A stretch of 64,000 bases of DNA from Alphaproteobacteria bacterium (GTDB taxonomy: Bacteria; Pseudomonadota; Alphaproteobacteria; JAAXGF01). A model generated the notes under the pieces. The model was given only the letters and a program-made list of their open reading frames with translations. It ran no database searches and had not been told where the DNA came from. Position numbers and translations under genes: made by a program. Below, in pieces: positions 52,421 through 63,900 of the stretch (position 1 is the first letter of the stretch; every line of letters begins with the position of its first letter). The stretch is taken from positions 64,001-128,000 of the forward strand of contig CAUVXB020000002.1 in assembly GCA_963555825.3 (NCBI GenBank), written 5' to 3'.

Positions 52421-52700
52421 AGTGAGTATCTGCGGGCCGGTTCCCTCGGAGTGACCTGACCCGCACAGCGATAGACGCATCTAGACTGATAGGGCCGGCC
52501 GCCCTTGGGTGGCTTGACCCACACTCAGATCGACCGAGATGTCATTCCCCGGACATGTCGGCCACCCGGGGGCAACCGGTTGAGGTTCCGACCTCGACCG
52601 ACATCGTGACCTGATGAGAGCCCGGCCTTGGGCGCCCCGTCACTGTCGTGTCCGACATCGGCTGAGTTCGGAGCCAACCCCTCCACCCATCATAGACCAG
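52421..52700 (+). ncRNA. Predicted IS110 bridge RNA
   Basis: Non-coding left end contains segments matching both target flanks and both element ends (see finding). Confidence 0.65.
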
Positions 52701-52709
52701 GGGGCGGAC

Positions 52710-53765
52710 ATGGCGACTGCAACAGCCGACAACATCCAGATCATCGGTGGCGTCGACACCCACCAGGACCTGCACACCGCCGCCGTCGTGAGCCACGACG
52801 GAACGGTGCTTGGTACCGAATCGTTCTCCACCACCCGAGCCGGCTACCGGGCGATGCTTCGCTGGTTCCGCTCTCATGGCGAGCTGCTTCGTGTAGGAGT
52901 GGAATCCACCGGTACCTACGGAGCCGGCATCACCCGGCACCTGGCACTCTCGGGTATCCCCGTGCTCGAGGTGACCGGGCCGGACCCAGCCAGCCGAAGA
53001 GCCAAGGGCAAGGACGACGCCCTGGATGCGATCTCCGCGGCCGAGGCGGCGCGCACAAGACGCCGGGTCCAGGTGGCCAAAGACCGTTCCGGCACCGTGG
53101 AAGCCCTGCGGGTGCTGCGAACAACGCGAAAGACGGCAATCAAGTGCCGCCGCGCGGCCCTGCAGCAACTCCACAACACCATCGTTGCCGCACCGGAGGA
53201 AGTGCGTGACCAGGTCCGCAACCTCACCCGCATGCAGCGCCTGCGTACCTGTGCGGCCTGGAGGCCGGACACGGTCGGCTATCGAGACCCGGTGGTCGCG
53301 ACCAAGCTCTCCCTGAAGTCCCTCGCCCGCAGAATCCTCGACATCAACGACGAGATCGCTGAACTCGACCGGTTCATCGTCCCCTTGGTCGAGGAGCTCG
53401 CCCCCAGTCTGCTTGAGCTCGAAGGCGTGGGCACCGAGAACGCAGGCGCAGTAATGGTCGCCGTTGGGGATAACCCGGATCGGCTCCGCTCCGAGGCGAG
53501 CTTCGCCATGATGTGCGGCGTCTGCCCGATCCCCGCATCGAGTGGGAAGACGCAACGCCACCGTCTCAACCGCGGAGGCAACCGCCAAGCCAACTCCGCC
53601 CTGCACATGGTCGTCGTGTGCCGAATGCGAACCGACGAGCGGACCCGAGCCTATGTCGCTCGCAGGACCCTGGAGGGGCTGTCCAAACGCGAGATCATGC
53701 GCGGCCTGAAGCGTTACGTGGCCCGCGAGATCTACCGCGTACTCACCGCCCCATCGAGTGCTTGA
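52710..53765 (+). CDS. IS110-family DEDD recombinase
   Basis: GGVDTH, GVESTGTYG, KDDALDA, GVG, PIPASSG and NRGGNRQAN motifs. Confidence 0.93.
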   Translation: MATATADNIQIIGGVDTHQDLHTAAVVSHDGTVLGTESFSTTRAGYRAMLRWFRSHGELLRVGVESTGTYGAGITRHLALSGIPVLEVTGPDPASRRAKGKDDALDAISAAEAARTRRRVQVAKDRSGTVEALRVLRTTRKTAIKCRRAALQQLHNTIVAAPEEVRDQVRNLTRMQRLRTCAAWRPDTVGYRDPVVATKLSLKSLARRILDINDEIAELDRFIVPLVEELAPSLLELEGVGTENAGAVMVAVGDNPDRLRSEASFAMMCGVCPIPASSGKTQRHRLNRGGNRQANSALHMVVVCRMRTDERTRAYVARRTLEGLSKREIMRGLKRYVAREIYRVLTAPSSA

Positions 53766-54098
53766 CAAACATGAGAGCGTCCGGGGAAGCCAGTACTGCT
53801 CAGACGCATACCAGACGCGCCTCGGTGAACTCGGTTTCCTCGCCTCAATGAGCGGTAAGGGAAATTGCTATGATAACGCCGTCGTCGAGACCTTCTTCAA
53901 AACCATCAAGTCAGAACTGATCTGGAGGACTGTGTTCATGTCAAGAAGCCAAGCTGAAACTGCCATGGCCGGATACATCGATGGGTTCTATAATCCAGTC
54001 CGTCGGCACTCGACGCTGGACTTCACAAGCCCCGTCAAATTCGAGGCAGAAGCAATGCAAACGGTGTAGGGCGCCTCCACTTTTCCTGGATGGGTCCA

Positions 54099-55565
54099 GG
54101 CCGCAGCGCCCGCGCGATCGCCACCCACTGCGGCCTTGCGCGGCGCTCGGTGGCGCAGACCCTGGAGCGGTTCGCCGCCTCCGGGCTGAGCTGGCCGGAG
54201 GCCCGCGACCTGGACGAGGAGGTCCTGGAGGCGGCGCTCTATCGGAGGTCCCGGGCTTCGGATTGGCCGGAGGTGGACTGGGCGAAGGTCGAGAAAGACC
54301 TGTCCGGCCGCGGCATGACGCTGATGCTGCTGTGGGAGGAATGGCGCGAGACGCATCCCGACGGGATGAGCTATCCGACCTGGTGCCGCCGGTTCCGGGA
54401 ATGGCGGCCGCGCCGGGACGTGACGATGCGCCAGAACCGCCGTCCCGGAGAGCGGCTGTTCGTCGATTACGCCGGCATGACGATTGCGCTCCTGGTCGAG
54501 GGGGTCGAGCACGAGGCGCAGGTGTTCGTGGCCTCGATGGGGGTCTCGGGGCGGCTCTACGCCGAGGCGACGCTGACCCAGAAGATCGAGGACTGGTGCG
54601 CTTCGCACGTGCGCTGCTTCGAGGACATGGGCTGGGCGCCGCAGCTGGTGGTGCCCGACAACCTCAAGCCGGCAGTGACGCAGCCGTCGCGCTACGAGCC
54701 GGTCCTGAACGAGACCTACGCCGATCTGCTCGAACATTACGGCGTCCAGGGCCTGCCGGCGCGGGTCCGGCGCCCGCGCGACAAGGGACTCGTCGAACAA
54801 GGAGTGCTTCACGTTGAGCGCGGGGTCCTGGCGCCGCTGCGCAACCATATCTTCCATGATCTGGCGTCGCTGAACCGGGCGATCGCCGCCCGGGCCCGGA
54901 AGATCAACGAGCGCCCCTATGCCGATGGCACGGGCGAGAACCGCTACAGCCGTTTCGAGAGTGTCGATCTCCCCCACATGCGGCCCCTGCCGGACCGGCG
55001 CTGGCAGCGCACGCAGTGGCGCAAGAACACGGTCCACCGCGATTACCACATCGCCATCGACCGGCACTTCTACTCGGTGCCCTACCAGTACGTCGGCAAG
55101 GAGGTCGATGTCCGCCTGCGCGGATCGGTGATCGACGTCTTCCACCGAGGCCGGCAGATCGCCAGCCATCTCCGCAGCCAGGCCAGAGGCCGCGCCACCA
55201 CGCTCAGGGAACACCAGCCGCAGGCACATCAGCGCGCCGGCGTCGAGGACACCCGCGTCCGGCTGGAGGACAAGGCCCGGGATCTCGGCCCCCATGTCCA
55301 CGCCTTCGTCACGGCGGTCATGGAGCGCAATCCCAATCCGGAGTTCGGCTTCCGCTCGCGCTACGGCGTTCTGCGGCTCGCCAACGGCCACGAGCCGGCG
55401 CGCTTCGACGCCGCCTGCCGCTACCCGCTGGAGCTCGGCACCCGAACCTATCGCGGCCTCGACAACATCCTGCGCACCGGCGCCGATCGCGCCGCCGCCG
55501 AGCAGGAACCCGAGGCCCTGCCCCTCGATCATCCAAACATTAGAGGACCGGAGTATTACAGATGA
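54099..55565 (+). pseudogene. istA: IstA transposase lacking its native N-terminus
   Basis: LFVDYAG, VPDNLK, RPRDKGLVE, YSVPY and HPNIRGPEYY motifs. The ORF start lies within the IS3 IRR. Confidence 0.85.
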
Positions 55566-56323
55566 CCGATAACGCCGTATCCCACCCCCTGGCCGCGCGC
55601 ATAGCCAAGCTGCGCCTGCCCGGGATGCAGGCCGCCTTCCTCGAACAGATGGCGCGCCACGACCTCAATGACATGACCTTCGAGGACCGCCTCGCGCTGC
55701 TGATCGACCGAGAGATATCCGAGCGCCGATCCAGAGCCCTGCAGCGGCGGCTCAAGAAGGCCCAGCTCCGCCACCAGGACGCCTGCTTCGAGGACATCAA
55801 CCTGAGCCGCCCCCGCGGCCTCGACCGCAACGTCGTGCTCGGCCTCGGCGACTGCGTGTGGGTCCGCAACGGCGCCAATATCCTGATCACCGGCCCGTGC
55901 GGCACGGGCAAGTCCTGGATCGCGTGCGCCTTCGCCCACAAGGCCTGCCTCGAAGGGCACCAGGCCCAGTACCTGCGCGTGCCGCGGCTGCTCACCGATC
56001 TGCGGATCGCCCATGGCGAGGGCACCATACCGAAGCTCTACCGCGATCTCGCCCGCATCGAGGTGCTCATCCTCGACGACTGGGGCCTGGCGCCGATCGA
56101 CGGCGCGCGGGCACGCGACCTCCTCGAGATCCTCGATGATCGCTTCGGCCGGCGCTCGGTGGTCGCAACCAGCCAACTCCCGGTCGCCGACTGGCACCGG
56201 CAGCTCAACGATCCCACCCTCGCGGATGCAATCCTCGACCGCCTCGTCCACGGCGCGACCCGGATCGAGCTGCACGGCACGTCCATGCGCACCGATGATG
56301 CCGACGCTGCTACCAAGTCATGA
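55562..56323 (+). CDS. istB: IstB AAA+ ATPase
   Basis: GPCGTGKS, LILDDWG, ATSQLP and ADAILDRL motifs. Confidence 0.95.
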   Translation: MTDNAVSHPLAARIAKLRLPGMQAAFLEQMARHDLNDMTFEDRLALLIDREISERRSRALQRRLKKAQLRHQDACFEDINLSRPRGLDRNVVLGLGDCVWVRNGANILITGPCGTGKSWIACAFAHKACLEGHQAQYLRVPRLLTDLRIAHGEGTIPKLYRDLARIEVLILDDWGLAPIDGARARDLLEILDDRFGRRSVVATSQLPVADWHRQLNDPTLADAILDRLVHGATRIELHGTSMRTDDADAATKS

Positions 56324-56562
56324 ACGCGGCAGGGGGCCGCGCTTCGCGCGGCAGAATCGTCGCTCCGCTCCGGGACATCGGAGAAAACGGACGGATCGTG
56401 CGACAGCATGGTGCGCGCGCCGCTCCGACTCGTGAGGGGTCACGCGTCGCGCGCGCACCATGCCCCACCGCCTTGCCGCAGGGCCTTCGGCGGTGGTATC
56501 GCTGAACAGGAAATCGTCAAGGGGGAACTGCCGACAATAACGTGATCCCTCGCTCCGCTCGG

Positions 56563-56657
56563 GGGTGGCTACCATGGTGAGAATCGGTGGCTACCTTGAG
56601 TGAGAATCGCCGGCTACGTTGATTGAGAATGGCCGGCTACATTGGTGAGAATCCGCA
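56563..56657 (+). repeat. IS21 terminal tandem repeats (IstA binding sites)
   Basis: Four copies of ggctac...tgagaat with ~22-bp period and no unique spacers. Confidence 0.85.
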
Positions 56658-57000
56658 GGGGCTCCGCGTCCGGCTCAAGCACGCCTTCCGCCATCTTCGA
56701 TTGAACCCAGAAGGGCGACGCCGGTCCGTCCGCGTCGGGGTCCGCCCACGCCAGAAGATCGAACCGGGCGGCCTCCAGTTCCGCCGCCGTCTGGATGCGG
56801 ATCGGGAAGGGACCGGGCTCGAAGACCGGCTCGAGAGCGGGCAGGAGGGAGTGCACCCGCCACGCCGCCAGATAAGTCTCGATGTGTCTGAGAAACAGCC
56901 ACGCCCGAAACCCGTCAACGGTCTCCTTCGCGGCCCGTTTCCGGCCCCGGCGCGTCACTGCCCGGCTCCGGTTCCGCACTGCGCGGCCCGGGTCCGGCAC
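56658..57000 (-). pseudogene. DUF6499/DUF2285 (FseA-like) activator N-terminus, truncated by IS21
   Basis: AWLFLRHIETYLAAW, AARFDLLAWADP and PFW resemble the AWEFLRRN..Y..W family motif. The ORF runs into the IS21 end. Confidence 0.55.
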
Positions 57001-57186
57001 AGCTGCCGAACATCACCAGTGCCGCACGCCAATATCATTCAACGCCGCCGCCCAATGTCGCCCAAGGCAGTGCCGCAAGACCTGGCGCGGCGCAGCGATC
57101 CGCGCCGGCCGTTCGCAGACCGCCTTCCCGCGGGGGCCGAAGCCCCGCCCTGAAGCCGCAACCCGGTCCGTCCGCCCCCACCACGG

Positions 57187-57471
57187 CTACCCGGCCGTCC
57201 GGTTCACCGCGTCCCGGAGCCCCTTGCCGGCCCGGAACGACACCGACCGCGACGCCGGCACGGCGATGCTCGCGCCGGTCGCGGGATTGCGCGCCGTGCG
57301 CGCCGGGCGCGAGCGCACGCCGAACGCCCCGAACCCCACAAGCCGTACCGTCTCGCCCCGCGCCAGCGCGCCGGCGACCGCTCCGAGCGCGGCTTTCACC
57401 GCCGCATCCGCCGCCGCCGGGTCCAAGCCCGTTTGCATGGCCACCTGCCGGACCAGTTCCGATCGGTTCAT
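57187..57471 (-). CDS. hup: HU-family DNA-binding protein
   Basis: MNRSELV, VRLVGFGAF, RTARNPATG and FRAGKGLRDAV motifs. Confidence 0.93.
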   Translation of the reverse strand: MNRSELVRQVAMQTGLDPAAADAAVKAALGAVAGALARGETVRLVGFGAFGVRSRPARTARNPATGASIAVPASRSVSFRAGKGLRDAVNRTAG

Positions 57472-57623
57472 CCCATGTCTCCCGCTTGCTAATCCCGCTA
57501 CCAGCGCGCAGTCACCGTGAACACGATCCCGTGCTCGGGCGGGGTGTTGTCATTGGCTCTCTCGCGCCGGCGCGCCTCGAGCGAAAGCTCCAGAGACCCC
57601 GGCCCGGAACCGGACCGCGTCAG

Positions 57624-57952
57624 CCGCCGCTCGGTGACCGTCACCAGTCAGTCGCCCGACGCCGACTGGCACCGCCAGCTCAACGATCCCACCCTGGCAG
57701 ACGCCATCCTCGACCGTCTCGTTCATGGCGCCATACGCTTCGAGCTGCACGCCACGTCCATGCGCACCGATGAAGCCGGTGCTGGAGCCAAACAATGAAA
57801 GCGGGAGGGGGCCGCGCTTCGCGCGGTAGAACCGTCGCTCCGACTCGTGAAGGGTCACGCGCCGCGCGCGCACCATGCTTCCCCTCCTTGCCGCAGGGCC
57901 TTCGGCGGTGATATCGCTGAGGAAGAAATCGCGAAAGGAAAACTGCCGACAA
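57624..57952 (+). pseudogene. Diverged remnant of an IS21 istB 3' end and downstream region
   Basis: Similar to ~56150-56537 (DWHRQLNDPTLADAILDRLVHGA ... aactgccgacaa). Confidence 0.8.
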
Positions 57953-57969
57953 CACCCGCCCGGACCCCA

Positions 57970-60900
57970 TCAGAACCGCGCCGTGAGCCGCAGGCCGACC
58001 TCGTGCACCGGGTCCGTGTCGTCGTTGGCGCTCTCGTGCCGCCGCGCCTCGAAGGAGAGTTCGAGCGAGCCGCCATCGCTGCCGGATCCGCCCAGCACCA
58101 GGCGCCAGCCGAGGCTGTAGTCGCGCCCGGTGTCCGACAGGCCGACACCGGCCTCGGGCGTCCAGGTGAAACGGTCGCCGAAGGCCGACAGGCCGTAGCC
58201 GAACTTCAGCTCCAGCCGCCGGCTCTTCAGCTCGTCGTTGCCGCCCTCGCCGTTGTCGTTCGCCGCCAGCCCTTCCAGCGTGGTGCGCGACAGGAGCGCA
58301 TCGGCGCCGCCCGAGGACGACCCGCCGACCGTCTGGGTCAGCCTCAGCTTCGCCCCCCGGTCCGAGCCCGGATTCCCTTCCCAGGCGAGCGAACCCGAGA
58401 AGCCGAGGTCGCGGAAGCCCTTCGACTCGTGGGCGAGCAGCCCCCGCCCGCGCAGCTCCGCCTGCAGGCCGCGCTTCGGGTCGCTCAGCGCGAGCCCGCC
58501 GCCGAGGTCGAGGCCGAAGCCGGTCTCGGCGTCGCCGCCGTCGTGACGCACCCCGATCTCCAGGCTCGGCGTCAGCGCCGCCCCGCCGCCGAGCCGGATC
58601 GTCCGGGAGCCCTCCAGGCCGAGGCGCAGCCGGGACACCGTGGCCCGGGCCGGCGCGAGATTGCCGCCGTCGGCGCTGCGCCCGCGGCCCGAGGCCGTCT
58701 GCACGACCATCGCGTCGGTCTTGCCGGTGAGCTGGAAGCCGGACCCCGATTCGGGGTCGAGCAGCACGCCGCGCAGCCCCGCCGCCGCCATCCGGAGGTC
58801 GAGGTCGGTGCGGATCGCCGCGCCGTCTTCGTCCGTCCCCGGCTTCTTCGGCGTCACCGTGAGCTCGCCCTGGCCGTAGCCCGCCGCGCCCCAGGCTTCC
58901 AGCCGTTCGGAGAGGGCATGCCGCGCCCAGGGGAAGACCCCGGTGAGCGTCGCCTCGACCCTGCCGCCTGTCCCGGACCCCGATCCGGGGCCGCTGCCGG
59001 CGGCGGTGCCTGCCCCGTCCCCCGGGCCGTCCCCTGCGCCGGGCGCGCCGCTGTAGCCGCCCTCGGCGGCGCTGTGGGAGACGATCAGCCCGGCGGTCCA
59101 GCGCCCGCCGGTCCAGTCGGCGCCGAGCATGCCGGTCACGACCTCGCCGTCCAGCGTGAGCCTGCCCTCGCGCCCGTCGAAGCGCGAGACCGCGCCCCGG
59201 CCCCAGAGCGAGACCAGGTCCTTGCCGGCCGTCTCCGAGGTCAGCGCGAAGGAGGATCCTGTCTGCAGGTCGCGCGGCGTCACCGCCCGCGACCGGCGCT
59301 GCGCCTCCTCCGGGTCGGTCTCGCCGTGCAGCCAGTCGGCCAGCCGCTCCGCATCGCGCCGGGCCTCCTCCTCGCGCCGCGCGTCCCGTTCCGCCTCGCT
59401 GCCGGGCTCCGCATGCCCCCCGATCCGCTCGCCGGCGAGCGCGACCTCGACCCCGGGCGCCGGCGACGCCCGCATCCGCCCCTCGACCGCCACCAGCACC
59501 TGCTCCGCCACCGTGCGCCCGAAGCGCGCGATCCAGGCCTTCGGGATCGCGCCGTTGTTGCGGATCGTCCCCACCGCCTCGCCGTCGGCGATGCGCGCGC
59601 CCACCGGGTTCAAGAGCTTGAGCGTCAGCGTCTCCGACTCTTCGTCGTGCTCGTCGGCCAGCACCGGCACCGAGACGGTGTGCCTGGTCTCTCCAGGGCT
59701 GAAGCTCAGCGTGCCCGCGGTGTGCACGTAGTCGTCGCCGGCGACCGCCTCGCCGTTTACCGTGGCGTAGTCGACCCTCACCGGCGCGTGGCGCCTGCGG
59801 TCGAGGCTGACCACGAATTCCAGCACCGCTCCCGGCCCCTCCTGCACCTGCGCGTCGGCCACGGAGAGCGCCGCCGGGCCCGGCACCGTCACGCCGAGCG
59901 GCCCGCTCAGCACCGACCCACCGGCGGTGCACACCGTCTTCTCCTGCCCGCAGGGCGGGACGGCCTTCAAGGTCAGCGTCACCGCCTCGTCGGCGCTCGG
60001 CGTCACCTTCAGGACGAAGGCCTTGTTCGACGGCGGGCTCGCCCGCCGTGCCCCCCCGATCGTGCCGCCCTCCCTGGTGAACAGGCTGTCACGCACCGTC
60101 TTGTAGCTCAGCCCCTCGGGCTCTTCGTCGAAGGTGAGCGTGAGCGTGAACTCTGTCTCCCCGTCGTGCTCCTCCGGCACGCCCGAGAACGCGCCGGTGA
60201 ACGTGTCCGCACCGCCGCTCGCCGCGATCGTCCCGCTCGCCTCGGTAGTGGCGAGCGTCGCGCCCTCGGCGTTCGAGAGCCGCAGGGGGAGCGTCTCGGC
60301 CGGCTCCTCATCGCCGTCGCCGAGCGTCGCGACCGAGACCGTCTTCACCGTCTCGCCCGGCGCGAAGCTCACCGTCCCCGACACCGGCACGTAGTCGGCG
60401 CCTTCCTGCGCCGTGCCATCGGCGGTCTCGTAGTCGACGCTCACCGGCGTCTCCGACGCCTGCGAGAGCTCGAGGCGGAACTCGAGCGCCTCGCCCTCGC
60501 GCGCTTCGGCGTCGCTCGCCTCGATGCTCGGGAGCTCGGGCGCGGCGAAGCCCGCGCGTGCCGCCCCGGGGTGGGCGATGTCCGCAACCAGCCCGGCGGT
60601 GCTCTCGATGGCGCCCCGGTTCAGCGCGAGCGAGTCGCCTTCGACGATCACGGTCGGGGCGGGCGCCGCCCCGTCCTCCCGCGTAACCGCGAAGGTGAGG
60701 GTGTCGGTCCCCGTGCCGCTCGCGTAGGGGATCGCATAGGTGGCGGCGCCGACCCGTGCGCGCAGCGCCGGCGTCCCCGCTTCGGTGTCGACCGTCACGG
60801 GCTCCTCGAAGGTGACGGCGACCTCGACGGTCTCGCCCGCGTCCCAGGTGCCGTCGCCGCCGGGGGCCGCCCCGATGGCGAGCGACGCGATGCGCGGGTT

Positions 60901-63900
60901 CTCGCCGAAGTCGAGCACCGCGTCGTTGCCGTCCGCGTCGCGCACCGTCGCCCCGTTGAGCACCAGGCCGTTGGCGATCGCCCGTGCCGCGGCGGCGCCT
61001 TCGGCGCTCTTCGGCGCCTCGACCGCGAAGCGCAGCGTCGCGCTGCCCGAGCCCGAGACATAGGCCGCGTCGTGGCGCCGGCCCGCAAGCGCGATGGCGA
61101 GCGTCGGGCTGCCTTCGGTCTCGTCGACGATGACCACGGTGTCGAAGGCGACCTGCGCCTCGATCCTCTCTTCGGCCGCATAGGCGCCGTTGCGCTGCGG
61201 CGCGCTCACCGCCGGCGTGCCGACGATCGCCGGCGCGGCGCCTGCCCGGGCGGTCCCGATCGGGCGCACCGGCACCGTCGCGACTTCGAACACGCCGTCC
61301 ACGATGCGCGGCATGTAGATGCGGTGCACGAGCTTACCGGCTTCGTTCTCGAGCGTGACGTGCGTCGCATGCAGGGCGATCGTCATCGTGCGCCCCTCGG
61401 TCGGGCCCTCGTCGTCGGGCGGTGTCACCGAGGGCAGGACTTCAGTGTTCGAGCGGCGCCCCTCGGTGGCGCCGGGCTTGAACGTCACCACCCTGCCGCC
61501 CGGTCCGTTGTCGCTCCCCTCGTGGCGTCCGAGCGCCGGGGTCCCGGGGAAGGCGCTGTCGGTGATCCCCAACAGCACGTAAGTCTCCTCGTCGAGATCG
61601 CCGCTTCGGATGACCTTTCGCTTGACGCTGAACTCGTACATCTCGCCTTCGACGGCGTAGCCCTTGGCGTCGATCCGCAATTCGTGGAAGCCGCCGAAGA
61701 TCCTGGGCCCTTTGAACGGCTCGTCCTCGAACGAGCCGGCAACGAATTTGCGGCCGTCGCTGTCGACGATGTCTTTCCCCATGGACACGTCCAGCTTCGT
61801 CACCTTGATCCCTTCGAAGTCGTTGTCGCCTGTCGCCACCGGCCCCCAGGTGAAGGTGAGCGTCTTGCTGAGCGAGGTGCCCGATTCTCGGTTCCACGTG
61901 GCAGTCTTGGTCTCGCCCCACAGCTTGAACTTGAGGATGGGATCGCTCCCGGTCCCGGTCACCTTCACTGGGCGGTTGAACACGACCTCGAACGTGAGCC
62001 TGTCGCCCTCGTCGTGGGCCACCATCTTGTGGGCCTTGTACCGCCTCAGCCCGAGGACATTGCTCGAGAGATGCGCCTCGGTGTAGCCGTAGCGATCTGC
62101 GGGCACATCCGTCGGCATCAGCTCCGGCCCGAAGACGATGTCGTCCACCACCGGCCCCCGCAGCACCAGCACGCTGGTGAGCCCCGGCGCGGGGTTGCCC
62201 GCCGCGTCCCGCACCGGGTTCGACGCCGGCGCCGTGTAGCCCAGCGTCACCTCCGCGCCGTCGTCCGGCGCCGCGGAGAGCGTCAGCGTCACCGTGCTGC
62301 CCTCCACCGACACCATCGACACCGTCGGGTTCGACCCCACTGTCGCCGCTACCGTGTACGCGCTCGTCCCCGGCTCCGAGCTCCCGTCGAGCACCTCGTC
62401 GTAGACCAGCTCAAGCCTCGTCCCATCCAAGCTCGCCGACTCCACACCCGGCGGGTCGGCGTCCACCCGGTGCTCTCCAAGCCCTTCCCGCTCCGCGGGG
62501 TGCGCGAGCGCCGCGTCCTCCTCGACATTGGGATCGGTCGTGGTCAGCCGGACGGTCCCGCCGCCGAGCGCGAGCGCGTTCGCCTTCCACGAGATGCCGT
62601 CGGTATCGGTCTCGCCCGCCTGCACGGTGTAGGCGAACACCAGATCGGCCGTTTCCGAGCCGCTTGAATAGGCCGCCTCGCGCGTCTGGTCGCCCAGCAT
62701 GAACATGAACGTCGGCGTGCCGGTCACCGTCACCGGGGCGGTGAACCCGACGGTGAACCCGATCGTCTCGCCGCCGAGATAGGTGTTGCCCGCGGCCGGC
62801 GTCGAGGTCACCGTCACCGCCGTCACCGACAGGGTCTCGTCGTCGTCGATGACGATGTCGGTCGCGCATCTCCCCGCGCCGCCCAGGTCCCGGAGTCCGG
62901 CAGGGCACTCGAGCCCGAGCGGGGCCTGATTCGCCGCGGCGCTGACCTGCAGGCGGAACCGCTCGTCGCCCTCGAGCAGGCTGTCGTCCACCGTCTCGAC
63001 CGTTGCCGGAACCGACGCGGCGAACACGGCGCCGTCCGCCGTCCAGTCGCCCGGCCGCACCGTCAGCTCGCCGGAAACCGCCGTGTAGTCGTCGCCGGCC
63101 ACCGCGCTATCGTTCGTGGTGAACATCCTGACCTTGTAGTCCGCCCGCGGCTTCGGCATGCCCGCCGCCGTCTTCAGCGTCAGCGCGGCCGTCGCGTCCT
63201 TGCCCTCGGCCACCTCGTAGGCGTCCTCGGCCCACTGCGCGACGATCGGCGGGTCCACCACCACCACCTGCACCGTCGCCGCGTTGGCCGGCGCCGCCGC
63301 CGGCACGTAGAGGCGCCCGACGCCCGTGACCGTGGCGGCCAGGCCGCCCGACGCCAGGGTGTAGTCATCGGCAATCGGGAACGTCCCGGTTGCCGAGGTC
63401 TGGCCCGCCGGAATCGTGACGGTCTGCTCCGTGCTCGCGAGATACGCCCCCGCCTGCGCGATGGAGAGCGTGACCGCGAGGTCCGACGCCGGGGCCGGCG
63501 ACGCCGTCAGCCGGAACACCGCATCGGCCAGCAACGGCGCCGCCTTCGCATGCACCGCCGCGATCGACACCACCGGCAGCACCACCAGCACGAGCGTCTC
63601 GTTGGCCACCGGATGGTTCGTCAGCGCCCCCGCGGGGTTGCCGAAGAGGTCCCGCAGCGGGTTCGCCGCCGGCACCGTGTAGGTCAGCGTCACCGCCTGC
63701 CCGAACACCGCCGGCGTCGCCAGGGTCAGCGTCACCGTCGTCCCGTCCACCGCCACCGCGCTCACCGCCTGCGCCGTGCCGCCGTCCAGCGACACCTTGA
63801 ATTCGCCCTTCTCCGGCACCGAGCCCTCGTCGAGCGCCTCGTCGTAGACCAGCTCCAGCACCGTCCCCTGCATGCTCGCCGACTCCACACCCGGCGGGAC

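Larger units (their letters stand above)
52421..53781 (+). mobile_element. IS110-family element (complete)
   Basis: Removing 52421-53781 restores IS3 orfB cat agc gat|cgg gga agc (HSDRGS). No IRs or TSD; TTGACA near the right end. Boundaries uncertain by 1 nt. Confidence 0.88.
51716..54098 (+). mobile_element. IS3-family element, 5'-truncated, orfB interrupted by IS110
   Basis: orfB motifs WAADISY, HHSD|RGSQY and GNCYDNAVVETFF; IRR at 54066-54098. Confidence 0.9.
54099..56657 (+). mobile_element. IS21-family element, left end missing at the IS3 junction
   Basis: istA-istB pair; right end with four tandem ~22-bp repeats, terminating in CA at 56657. Confidence 0.88.

Noticed and set aside
56563-56657. 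Tandem ~22-bp repeats as a CRISPR array or iterons
   Set aside because: No unique spacers and no cas or rep gene. Position after istB and the terminal CA fit IS21 end repeats.
57847-62667. 1606-aa plus-strand ORF
   Set aside because: Antisense shadow of the GC-rich adhesin gene; Arg/Pro-rich with no recognisable motifs.
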